Of a stretch of 64,000 bases of DNA, positions 21,323-31,758 are shown one piece after another. The notes under the pieces are model-generated. The model was not told the DNA's origin. It searched no databases and was given only the letters and a program-made list of their open reading frames with translations. The position numbers and the translations under genes are program-made. Origin of the DNA: an uncultured Alphaproteobacteria bacterium (GTDB taxonomy: Bacteria > Pseudomonadota > Alphaproteobacteria > Rhodobacterales > Rhodobacteraceae). The stretch spans positions 65,382 through 129,381 of the forward strand of contig CAVTSR010000014.1 of assembly GCA_963737485.1 (NCBI GenBank). The letters are read 5' to 3'. How positions within the stretch are numbered: position 1 is the stretch's first letter; each line of letters opens with the position of its first letter.

Positions 21323-22164
21323 ATGTCCGCGACCCGCAACGCCCGCCTCGCGGACGCCGGCACCTACTTCGCATATTTCGTGATCTGCCTCTTCTTCGCC
21401 GGGCCGCTGCTCTGGATCTCTCGCTCTCGATCCGCACCGCTGCCGAGGTCTACGTCAGCGACATCCGCATCTGGCCGCGGATGCCGACGCTCGACAACTA
21501 CCGCGAGGCGCTCGGGAACCCGCTGTTCGTCAACTACCTCCTGAACGGGCTGAAGCTCGCGGTCGGCGGCGCGGTCGGGGCGATGCTCTTCGCGACGCCG
21601 GCGGCCTACGCGCTCTCGCGCTTCCAGTTCCGCAACCGCAACCTCGCGATGATCGGGCTCCTCGCGTTCCAGATGATCTCGCCGCTCGTGATCATGGTGC
21701 CGCTCTACCGCTATCTCGACCGCGTGGGCATGCTCGACAGCCTGCTCGCGGCCGGCTTCATCTACGTCGCGGTCGCGGCGCCGCTCTTCACCTGGATGCT
21801 CAAGGGCTTCCTCGACGGCATCCCGGCGAGCCTCGAGGAAGCCGCGATGATCGACGGCTGCACCCGCTTCGGCGCCTTCATGCGCGTCGTCCTGCCGCTC
21901 AGCCTGCCCGGCCTCACCTCCGCCTTCGTGCTGAACGCGATCCTCGGCTGGTCGCAGTTCATCATCCCCTTCATCCTCATATCGAAGCCGAGCCTGCTGC
22001 CGATCTCGGTCGGCATCTTCAATTTCCAGGGCAGCTACAACCAGACCTCGACCCAGATCCTGGCCGCCGCCAGCGTCCTCTCGATCGTGCCCGCGATCAT
22101 CGTCTTCCTCGTCCTGCAGCGCTTCATCATCGGCGCGCTGATGGCCGGCGCGGTGAAGGGGTGA
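21323..22164 (+). CDS. Sugar ABC transporter permease (frameshift at about 21420)
   Basis: IPASLEEAAMIDGCTRFGAFMRVVLPLSLPG. Confidence 0.92.
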
Positions 22165-22240
22165 GCGTCGCTGTGCCCCGAACCGCAATGGCCGGCCGTG
22201 TCCATCCGCGTGGCAGCGGCTGTCGTGCAAGACCTCGCAC

Positions 22241-22687
22241 CGACGCCGCCCTCGCGGCGGGCCGCGCCCGCCCGCCGGCCCCGCCGCCCGGCCTTTCTTC
22301 TTTCCCCCTATCGGGCAGTGCCGGGGGGGTCGAGGGGGGCCGGCGAGGGCCCCCCTCGGGCCACGCGCCAGCCGTCGGGAAGTGAAGCACCTCCTCGACT
22401 CCGCCGGGCAGGAGGACGGAGCCGCGCAGGCGGCGACCGGCGCCAAAGCGCCGCCGCGCCGCAGCGACGCCGCCCTCGCGGCGGGCCGCGCCCGCCCGCC
22501 GGCCCCGCCGCCCGGCCTTTCTCCTTTTCCCCCTATCGGGCAGTGCCGGGGGGGTCGAGGGGGGCCGGCGAGGGCCCCCCTCGGGCCACGCGCCAGCCGT
22601 CGGGAAATGAAGCACCTCCTCGACTCCGCCGGGCAGGAGGACGGAGCCGCGCAGGCGGCGACCGGCGCCAAAGCGCCGCCGCGCCGC
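22241..22687. repeat. Near-identical direct tandem repeat, two units of about 224 bp, each with a GC hairpin
   Basis: 22241-22462 recurs from 22465 with about 3 differences; internal GAGGGGGGCC-ggcgag-GGCCCCCCTC stem. Confidence 0.92.
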
Positions 22688-22780
22688 CTCCGCCAGTCGC
22701 CCCCGCCCGGTAAGCCCGGCAACCGCGGCTCCACCCCGCGACCGGGCTCGACCCCTCCCGGGCTGCCGATCGTATGGCCG

Positions 22781-22813
22781 CTTTCCATACGCCTTCCATA
22801 CGCTTTCCATACC
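22781..22813. repeat. Three 11-bp tandem units C(T/C)TTCCATAC(G/C), preceded by the inverted CGTATGG
   Basis: CTTTCCATACG CCTTCCATACG CTTTCCATACC read directly; about 60 bp upstream of the first GH38 start. Confidence 0.75.
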
Positions 22814-22875
22814 GGAAAAATCGCGTCTTATCAGCCGCTTGCCCCCTTCCTCCCGACGAGCCGCCGGATTCGCTG

Positions 22876-25148
22876 ATGCGCGTGCACATGATCGCCAACG
22901 CCCATATCGACCCGGTCTGGCTCTGGCCCTGGCAGGCCGGCGCCGACGAGGCGCTCGCCACCGCCGCCTCGATGGCCGACCGCTGCGACGAGTACCCCGA
23001 CTTCGTCTTCACCCGCGGCGAGGCCTGGCTCTACGCGGTCGCCGAGCGGATCCGCCCCGATCTTTTCCAGCGAATCCAGTCGCTTGTCGAGCGCGGCCAG
23101 TGGCAGATCACCGGCGGCCAGTTCATCCAGCCCGACCTGAATCTGCCCACCGCCGCCGGCCTGCACCGCCAGATCGAGCACGGCCAGCGCTACTTCCGCG
23201 ACCGCTTCGGCATCGCCCCGACCGTCGGCTACAACGTCGACAGCTTCGGCCACACCGCCAGCCTCCCCGACATCCTCGCGAGCCACGGCTACCGCGCCTA
23301 CGTCTTCCGCCGCCCCGAGGAGCACCAGGTCTCCCTCCCGGCAAATGTCTTTACCTGGCAAGGCGTTAGCGGCGCCGAAGTCACCGCCTTCCGCATCGTC
23401 CCCGGCTACGTCGCCAACTTCGCCGACCTCGGCGGCCAGGTCCGCGAGGCCGTCGACAGCACCGACCCCGCCCTCGGCCACGTCATGTGCTTCTACGGCG
23501 TCGGCAACCACGGCGGCGGCCCCTCGAAGGCGATGATCGACTGGATCCTCGCCAACCCCACCTTCGACGGCCACGAGCTCGTCTTCTCCCACCCCGACGC
23601 CTACTTCGACGCCATCGCCCCCCACCGCGACAAGCTCCCGGTGGTGACCACCGAGCTGCAGCACTGCTTCCCGGGCTGCTACAGCGTGATGCACGACATC
23701 AAGTGCGCCCAGCGCCACGGAGAACAACTGCTGGTGCAGGCCGAGGCCGCCGCCACCGCCCTCGCCGCCGACGCCGCCGAGCGCGACGCCGCGCTCGCCC
23801 GGATCGACGCCGCCTGGCCCGACCTCCTCTTCACCGAATTCCACGACATCCTCACCGGCACCTCCATCCCCGCCGCCTGGGAAAGCGTCCGCGCCATGCA
23901 GGGCCGCGCGCGAATGGCCGGCGAGGAAATCCTCTACGACCTCACCCGCCGCTGGTCCTACCGCACGCTGCCGCGGGTCGACGCCCACCAGGTCGTCGTC
24001 CTCAACACCCACGACCAGCCGCGGCGCAGCCTTCGTCGAGGCCGAGCCCTACCTCGACTTCGACGACTGGGGCGACCGCTGGATCAGCGACGAGACCGGC
24101 GCCCCGGTGCCGTTCCAGGAGATACAGCCCGGCTCGAACCAGCTCATCCCGCGCATCCTGATCGAGACCGAGGTGCCCGCCGCCGGCAGCCGCCAGTTCC
24201 AGGTGCACGCCGGACCGCGGCCGGCGGCTCGCCGAGACCGAAACCGGGCTCGCGGCGAGCAGCGACGCGCTCTCGAACGGCCGCGTCAGCGTCGCGCTCA
24301 GGAGCGGCGGGCTCGGGGTGGTGGCGGTCGACGGCGTCGAGATCCTCGACAGCCTGCGGCTGCAGCTCCGCAAGGACACCACCGACACCTGGACCTTCCA
24401 CACCGATCGCTGGGAGGAGCAGGGCACCGCGACCTTCGGAGGCGACGACTGGCGGATCGAGGAGACCGGCCCGCTCCGCGTTCGGGCGCGCCTCGACGGG
24501 CGGCTCGGCACCTCGCGGGTGCGGCTGACGGTCAGCCTCTGCCGCGGCGAGCCGGCGCTGCACCTCGGGATCGAGGTCAACTTCGACGAGCGCTACACGC
24601 TGATGCAGATGCCGATGGCGCTCGCCGGCGAGCCCGAGCGCTGGACCGACGGCATCGCCGGCGCCTGCATCGACCGCACCCCCTCCCCGGCGGAATGGCC
24701 CTACCTCGGCTGGTCGCGGGTGCGGGTGGCCGGGGTCGACGTCGGGCTGGTGACGAGCGACTGCTACAGCCACAGCGTCGACGGCGCTTTCTGGACCCAG
24801 ACCCTGCTGCGCAGCCCGCGGATGGCCTGGGGCGGCGGCAACCCGAAAACCTACGCCGGCCGCGACCAGCACAGCGACCAGGGCGTCCACCGCTTCGCCT
24901 TCACCCTCGGCTTCGCGGAAACGCTCTCCGACGCGGAGATGGCCGCCCGGCTGGCGCAGGCGGCGCAGCCCCTCGTCGTCTTCGACCGCTACGAGGGGAT
25001 GAACCGCCCCGGCTGGGGGCCGGTGCCGCCGCGCGGCCTCTGGGGGCCGGCGATGCTTCGCAACGTCGCCGACGGGCGCATCGAGGATCCCGGCCAGGCG
25101 CCGGGAGGACTTTTCCACCGAACCGGCGAGGACGACTACGCCGGCTGA
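22876..25148 (+). CDS. GH38 alpha-mannosidase-like protein 1 (frameshifts at about 24030 and 24235)
   Basis: ANAHIDPVWLW, QPDLNLP, YNVDSFGH (nucleophile Asp), GVGNHGGGP, EFHDILTGTS, TLLRSP. Confidence 0.9.
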
Positions 25149-25162
25149 AGGACCGCACGAAG

Positions 25163-28100
25163 ATGACACTGACCGACCGTCAACGCACCGACCGCCTGCG
25201 CAAGCGGCTCCTCGAGCTCGAGCTCTGGACCGTCGCGGCCGAGCGCCCGCTCGAAGGCTGGAGCCTCAACGGCAAGGCGCACGCCCATGGCGCGCCCTGG
25301 CCCACCCGCGAGGGCGTCGTGACCCTGGCGCTCGCCGGCATCGAGGTGCCCGAGGACTGGCCGCTCGAGGAGACCCGGCTCGACGTCCACCTCGGCGGCG
25401 AGGGGCTCCTCCGCATCGCCTATCCCGACGGCGGCGGCGAGGCCTTCGGCCTCGACCCCAACCACGAGCGCTTCCCGGTGAAGGGCCGCCGCTTCGACGT
25501 CGCGGCCGAATGCGTCGCCCGCCTCCCCTTCGGCGTGCCGAACCGCGCCGCCAACCTCGCGCGGGCGCGCCTGATCCGGCTCGACCCCGACCTCGCCGAG
25601 TTCGTGCTGCTGGTGACGCAGGTCGCCGACGCCGCGCACGAGCTCGACGGCCACGAGGTGGTCTCGCCGATGCTCACCGCGGTCGAGGACGCGCTCGCCA
25701 TGCTCGACTGGCCGAGCGCCACCCTCGCCTACGTCGCCCGGGTGGCGCCGAGCGTCGAGTCGCAGCGGATCTGGGAGCTGCCCGAAGGACCTCGACACCG
25801 CCCCGGCCGGGCTCGCGGACGTCCACCGCGCTAGCGTCGCGAAGGCGCACGCCTTCCTCGTCGACCGGCTGCGCGCGCTGCGCGACCGCTATCCGCAGAA
25901 CGGCTCGCTCGCGCTCACCGGGCACGCGCATATCGACCTCGCCTGGCTCTGGCCGCTGGCGGAGACGCGGCGCAAGGCGAACCGCACCTTCTCGACGATG
26001 ATCTCGCTGATGGACCGCCATCCCGACTTCATCTTCAACGCCTCGACCGCCCAGCTCTACGCCTTCCTCGAGGAGGACGACCCGAAGCTCCTCGACCAGA
26101 TCAAGGCGAAGGTCGCCGCCGGCCAGTGGGAGCCCATCGGCGCGATGTGGGTCGAGCCCGACACCAACATGCCGACCGGCGAGAGCTTCGTGCGCCAGCT
26201 CCTCTACGGCCAGCGCTACTTCGAGCGGATGTTCGGCCAGCGCCACGACGTCTGCTGGCTGCCCGACTGCTTCGGCTTCTCCCCGGCGCTGCCGCAGCTC
26301 CTGAACCCGGCCGGGGTCACGAACTTCTTCACCATCAAGGTGAACTGGTCCGAGACCAACGTGATGCCCTACGACCTCTTCTGGTGGGAGGGGCTCGACG
26401 GCAGCCGGGTGCTCGCGCACACCTTCAACAACCCGGTCGGCGGCTACAACGCCGAGACCGGCGCCCGCGCGATCCTCGAGACCTGGAAGAACTACCGCGG
26501 CAAGCACGCCTTCCCCGAGAGCCTCCTCGCCTTCGGCTACGGCGACGGCGGCGGCGGCCCGACCGAGGAGATGCTCGACCGCCAGCGCCAGTTCGCCGAC
26601 TTCCCCGTGGTGCCGAGCCTCCGCCCGACCAAGATCGCCGACTGGTTCGCCAAGGCGCATGCGGCCGTCGAGGATGACCCGCGGCTGCCGGTCTGGGTCG
26701 GCGAGATGTACCTCGAGCTCCACCGCGGCACGCTGACGACGCAGGGCAAGACCAAGTACCTGCACCGCAAGGCGGAGCGCGCGCTGATCACCGCCGAGAC
26801 GCTGTCCTCGATGGCGACGCTCCTCGGCGAGGGGATCGCGGCGTCGCTCGAGCCGCAGTGGCGGGTGCTGCTCCGCAACGAGTTCCACGACATCCTGCCC
26901 GGGTCGAGCATCCGCGAGGTCTATGAGCTCGCCGAGGAGGAGCTGGGCGGGGTGGCGGCGGAAGGCGACAAGATCAGTGCGGACCGGCTGGCCGCTCTCG
27001 CCACGAAGCTGGTGCCGGCGGGCGACCAGCCGGCGGTGCTCGCAGTCAACCCGGACCTGTCGCCGCGGCCGCTGCGGCTCGTCTCTGCTGAGGCGCTGCC
27101 GGGCGGGCAGGCGGTCGAGGGCGGCAGCGTGCTCGCGACCGGCGATACCGTGACGGGGCTGACGGCGGCGGTGGTCGTGGACCCGCGGCCGGCGCCGGGC
27201 CTGTCGGTGGGCGACGGTTGGCTGGAGAACGAGCTTTATCGCGTCGAGATCCATGCTGACGGCACGATCCGGAGCTTCTTCGACAAGCGGTTCGGGCGCG
27301 AGGCGCTGGCCGGGCGCGGCAACCAGATCTGGGCCTATGTCGACAAGCCGCGCAACTGGGACGCCTGGGATCTCGAGGACAACTACGCCGAGCAGGGCGA
27401 GGAGCTGACCGCCGCGGCGATCGAGGTGGTGGAGCGGGGTCCGCACCGGGCGGCGATCCGGGTGACGCGGAAGTTCCGCGACAGCGAGGTGGTGCAGACC
27501 TACCGGCTCTGGGCCAACTCGGGCCGGCTCGATATCGTCACCGACATCGACTGGCATGAGCGGCGATACCTGCTGAAGGCGCGCTTTCCGCTGGCGATCC
27601 GCTCGGATTTCGCGAGCTTCGAATGCGCCCACGGGGTGATCCGCCGTGCGACACATCGCAATACCTCGTGGGACGTCGCCCGCTACGAGGTCGCCGCGCA
27701 CCGCTTTGCCGACCTTTCGGAGCAGGGCTACGGCGTGGCGCTGCTCAACGACGGCAAGTATGGCCACCACGTGCTCGGCAACGAACTGGGGCTGAGCCTG
27801 CTGCGCTCGCCGGTCTACCCCGACCCGCTGGCCGACGAGGGCAGGCAGAGCTTCACTTACGCGCTTTACCCACACCCCGGTGACTGGCTGACCGGCGGGG
27901 TGCTGGCCGAGGCCGAGGATCTCAACCGCCCGCTGCTCGGGCAGGCGGTGACGGCGGCGGGCAACGCAAGCTGGACGGCGGCGACGGTCGAGGGGATGAC
28001 CCTAGGGCTCTCGGGCTTCAAGCCCGCCGAGGATGGCGGACGGCTGATCCTTCGCACCTACGAGCCGGCGGGGGCCCGCGGCGAGGTCGCGGTGGCGCTG

Positions 28101-28214
28101 CCGGAGGGGTGGCGTCTCGGGAGCGAGGTCGACCTGCTCGAGGATGCGAAGGGACCGGCGGACCGGGCGTTCCTGCCGTTCAAGGTCCACAGCTGGACGG
28201 TCGAGGGAGGCTGA
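25163..28214 (+). CDS. GH38 alpha-mannosidase-like protein 2 (frameshift at about 25790)
   Basis: GHAHIDLAWLWP, WVEPDTNMPTGESFVRQ, WLPDCFGFS, GYGDGGGGP, ELHRGTLT, NEFHDILPGSSI, SLLRSP. Confidence 0.93.
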
Positions 28215-28219
28215 CGCCG

Positions 28220-29326
28220 ATGGCGCATGTTGCAGTCAAGAACCTGGTGAAGCAGTACGGCGCGCTCGAAGTCGTCCACGGCGTCAACTTCGAGATCAAC
28301 GACGGCGAGTTCGTGGTGCTCGTCGGGCCTTCCGGCTGCGGCAAGTCGACGATCCTGCGGATGATCGCCGGGCTCGAGCCGATCACCGGCGGCGAGATCG
28401 TGCTGAACGACCGGGTGGTCAACGACGACGCGCCGCGCGACCGTGACATCGCCATGGTGTTCCAGGACTATGCGCTCTACCCGCACATGACCGTGCGGCA
28501 GAACCTCGGCTTCGGACTGAAGATGCGCGGCACGCCGCGGGCGGAGATCGCTTCCGCGGTCAACAAGACTGCGGAGATCCTGCAGATCGGCGCGCTGCTC
28601 GAGCGCAAGCCGAAGCAGCTCTCGGGAGGCCAGCGGCAGCGGGTGGCGATCGGGCGGGCAATCACCCGCGAACCGGCGCTGTTCCTGTTCGACGAGCCGC
28701 TGTCGAACCTCGACGCCAAGCTCAGGGTCGAGATGCGGACGCAGATCAAGCGGTTGCACCTCGCGTTCCATGGCACCAGCGTCTACGTCACCCACGACCA
28801 GACCGAGGCGATGACGCTGGCCGACCGGATCGTGGCGCTGCGCGACGGCCGGATCGAGCAGATGGGCTCGCCGGACGATCTATACGAGCGGCCGGCCAAC
28901 CGCTTCATCGCCGGCTTCATCGGCTCGCCGACGATGAACTTCCTCGACGCGAAGCTGGTGGCGGAGGGGGACGGGCTGGCGGTGGTGCCGACTGGCGGGC
29001 CGGCGCTGCGGGTGCCGCCGGCGCTCGCCGAGCGCTTCCGCGCGCAGGTCGGCCGCGAGGTCGTGTTCGGCATCCGGCCGGAGGATGTCACCAACACCTG
29101 GACCGAGGATCGGCGCAACGACGACGCGGCGGTGCCGCTCGAGCTCACCGTCGAGATCACCGAGCCGCTCGGGTCGGACAAGCTGATCTTCGGCCGTATC
29201 GGCGGGGCGGAGGTGATCGCGCGGGTGAGCGCGGTCGCGACCCCGGCGCCGGGGACGGCAATGCGACTGCATGCGCATATGGATCACATGCACCTGTTCG
29301 ACCCGGAGAGCGGCGCGGTGCTCTGA
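28220..29326 (+). CDS. Sugar ABC transporter ATPase (MalK/UgpC-like)
   Basis: GPSGCGKST, MVFQDYALYPHM, LSGGQRQR, FDEPLSNLDAKLR, YVTHDQ. Confidence 0.95.
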   Translation: MAHVAVKNLVKQYGALEVVHGVNFEINDGEFVVLVGPSGCGKSTILRMIAGLEPITGGEIVLNDRVVNDDAPRDRDIAMVFQDYALYPHMTVRQNLGFGLKMRGTPRAEIASAVNKTAEILQIGALLERKPKQLSGGQRQRVAIGRAITREPALFLFDEPLSNLDAKLRVEMRTQIKRLHLAFHGTSVYVTHDQTEAMTLADRIVALRDGRIEQMGSPDDLYERPANRFIAGFIGSPTMNFLDAKLVAEGDGLAVVPTGGPALRVPPALAERFRAQVGREVVFGIRPEDVTNTWTEDRRNDDAAVPLELTVEITEPLGSDKLIFGRIGGAEVIARVSAVATPAPGTAMRLHAHMDHMHLFDPESGAVL

Positions 29327-29424
29327 CGCATGGCGGCGGGAAAAGGCCGCGAGCGCGCGGCCCGCTTGCGCCCGGCGTCGGGATCGACCATCAACCGTCG
29401 GCGCGGCGGGTCAGGGAGGACTGG

Positions 29425-30513
29425 GTGCAGACGACGGGAATCGGGATCATCGGGTGCGGCAATATCAGCGGCACCTATCTGACGGCGGCGCGGCTCTTCC
29501 CCGGGATCGAGGTCCGCGCGGTCGCCGACCAGAACCCGGCGGCGGCCGAGGCGCGCGCGCGCGAGTTCGGCGTGACGGCGATGGACGTGGACGCGCTCCT
29601 CGCCGATCCGGCGGTCGGCATCGTGCTGAACCTCACGGTGCCGGGCGTGCATGTCGCGGTCAGCCGGCAGGCGGTCGCCGCTGGCAAGCACGTCTATTCC
29701 GAGAAGCCGCTCGGGGTAGACTTCGCCGAGGCGAGCGTGCTGGCCGGCGAGGCTGCGGCGATGGGGGTGCGGATCGGCTGCGCGCCGGATACCTTCCTCG
29801 GCGGTTCGCACCAGGCGGCGCGCGAATTCCTCGACGCCGGCAAGCTGGGCGAGCCGATCGGCGGCACCGCCTTCTTCATGTGCCCCGGCCACGAACGCTG
29901 GCACCCCAACCCGGACTTCTACTACAAGAAGGGCGGGGGGCCGGTGCTCGACATGGGGCCCTACTACATTACGACGCTGGTCAACCTGCTCGGCCCGGTG
30001 GCGCGCGTCGCCGCGATGGCGCCCAAACCGCGGCCGCAGCGCACCATCACCAGCGAACCGAGAAACGGCGAGAAGATCGACGTCGAGGTTCCGACGCATG
30101 TGACGGGCACGCTCGAGTTCGACGGCGGCGCGGTGGTCGCGATCTCGACGAGCTTCGACGTGCCGGGCCACAAGCACCTGCCGATCGAGATCTACGGCAC
30201 CGAAGGAAGCCTCGTCGTGCCCGACCCGAACGGGTTCGGCGGCGAGGTCGAGTTCCTGCCCAAGGGCGGCGAGTGGACCGGGGTGCCGGTCGAGCGGCCG
30301 TGGACCGAGGGCAACCTGCGCTCGCTCGGGCTCGCCGACATGGCGGCAGCGATCCGCGAGGACCGGCCGCACCGGGCTTCGGGCGAGCTCGCGCTGCACG
30401 TGCTCGAGGTGATGGAGGCGCTCGGGCGCTCAGCCGAGAGCGGGCGGTTCATCGACATCGAGACCCGCGTCGGGCGGCCGCGGCCGCTCGCCGAAGACGC
30501 GTCGCTCAGCTGA
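29425..30513 (+). CDS. Gfo/Idh/MocA oxidoreductase
   Basis: IGIIGCGNIS, GKHVYSEKP, GGPVLDMGPYY. Confidence 0.92.
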   Translation: MQTTGIGIIGCGNISGTYLTAARLFPGIEVRAVADQNPAAAEARAREFGVTAMDVDALLADPAVGIVLNLTVPGVHVAVSRQAVAAGKHVYSEKPLGVDFAEASVLAGEAAAMGVRIGCAPDTFLGGSHQAAREFLDAGKLGEPIGGTAFFMCPGHERWHPNPDFYYKKGGGPVLDMGPYYITTLVNLLGPVARVAAMAPKPRPQRTITSEPRNGEKIDVEVPTHVTGTLEFDGGAVVAISTSFDVPGHKHLPIEIYGTEGSLVVPDPNGFGGEVEFLPKGGEWTGVPVERPWTEGNLRSLGLADMAAAIREDRPHRASGELALHVLEVMEALGRSAESGRFIDIETRVGRPRPLAEDASLS

Positions 30514-30530
30514 GAGGGGAGAAGAAGGAC

Positions 30531-31172
30531 ATGCGCAAGGCGCTGATCGCCTGGGGCGGCTGGACCGGCCACGAGCCGCGCGAGGGGGCGGAGCGCGTCG
30601 GCGCCATCCTCACCGATGAGGGCTTCGACGTCACCTCGGTCGAGGGCAGCGATGCCTTCGCCGACCCCGCCCTTGCGGAGTACAGCCTGATCGTCCCGAT
30701 CCTCACCATGTCGAAGATCGAGAAGGAGGCGCTCGCGAACCTCACTGCCGCGGTAAAGGGCGGCGTCGGGCTCGGCGGCTACCACGGCGGCATGGCCGAC
30801 GCCTTCCGCGACGCGCCCGAGTACCAGTTCATGGTCGGCGGCCAGTGGGTCGCCCATCCGGGCAACGTCATCGACTATCGCGTCGACGTCACCCGCCCCG
30901 ACGATCCGGTAATGCAGGGTATCGCCGGCTTCGCCTACCGCTCCGAGCAGTACTACATGCACGTCGATCCGCGGAACGACGTGCTCGCGACCACCACCTT
31001 CGGCGGCGAACACGCCGAGTGGATCGAGGGCACGGAGATGCCGGTGGTCTGGAAGACCCGCTACGGCCGCGGCCGTGTGTTCTTCAGCTCGCTCGGCCAC
31101 GTCGCCCGCGAATTCGACGTGCCGCAGATGGCAACGATCCTGCGCCGCGGGCTGCTCTGGGCCGCGGCCTGA
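30531..31172 (+). CDS. ThuA-domain protein (class I glutamine amidotransferase-like)
   Basis: AWGGWTGHEP, GYHGGMADAFR, GGQWVAHPG, SEQYYMHVDP, YGRGRVFFSSLGH. Confidence 0.85.
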   Translation: MRKALIAWGGWTGHEPREGAERVGAILTDEGFDVTSVEGSDAFADPALAEYSLIVPILTMSKIEKEALANLTAAVKGGVGLGGYHGGMADAFRDAPEYQFMVGGQWVAHPGNVIDYRVDVTRPDDPVMQGIAGFAYRSEQYYMHVDPRNDVLATTTFGGEHAEWIEGTEMPVVWKTRYGRGRVFFSSLGHVAREFDVPQMATILRRGLLWAAA

Positions 31173-31199
31173 CGCTCCGCCGGCGGGCGCACGACCGGG

Positions 31200-31580
31200 C
31201 TAGGCAGGCTGCAGCATCCGCCCGAGCGGGCGACCGCCGACGATGTGCACGTGCATGTGCGGCACCTCCTGCAGCCCGGCCGATCCGGCGTTGGCGATGA
31301 GCCGGTAGCCGGCGCCGCCGTCGCCCGGCGCCAGATCGAGATCGCCGCACAGCCGGGCGATCGCGCGGGTGAAGTCGAGCACCTCTGCGTCGGGCGCCTC
31401 CGCCGCGAAATGGTCGTAGTTCACGTAGCGGCCCTTGGGGATCACCAGCACATGCACCGGCGCCTGCCCGCGTATGTCGCGGAAGGCGAGCGTATGCTCG
31501 GTTTCGAGCACTGTCGCGTTGGGGATTTCGCCGCGCAGGATCCGCGCGAAGACGTTCTGGTCGTCGTAATCGTAAGCCAT
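31200..31580 (-). CDS. Histidine triad (HIT) nucleotide-binding protein
   Basis: NVFARILRGEIP, APVHVLVIPK, QEVPHMHVHIVGG. Confidence 0.94.
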   Translation of the reverse strand: MAYDYDDQNVFARILRGEIPNATVLETEHTLAFRDIRGQAPVHVLVIPKGRYVNYDHFAAEAPDAEVLDFTRAIARLCGDLDLAPGDGGAGYRLIANAGSAGLQEVPHMHVHIVGGRPLGRMLQPA

Positions 31581-31697
31581 CGCACCCCTCCCGTTCGTCC
31601 TCGCATCCACATCGAAACACCTACTCCCGTCAACCCGGCTCGCAGCGCCACATCTAGCGCCCTCGCGTGCACGCCTTCCCATATCGAGTGATTCCCG

Positions 31698-31727
31698 TTG
31701 ACAGTCGCCCCGGCTTTCCCGAAGCTT
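31698..31727 (+). promoter_or_regulatory. Possible sigma70-like promoter of smc
   Basis: TTGACA at 31698 with AAGCTT 18 nt later; the -10 match is weak. Confidence 0.3.
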
Positions 31728-31758
31728 GCCGCCGGAACACCATCGCGGGGAGCCCCCG

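Noticed and set aside
22241-22687. CRISPR array
   Set aside because: Only two long adjacent units, no spacers and no cas genes.
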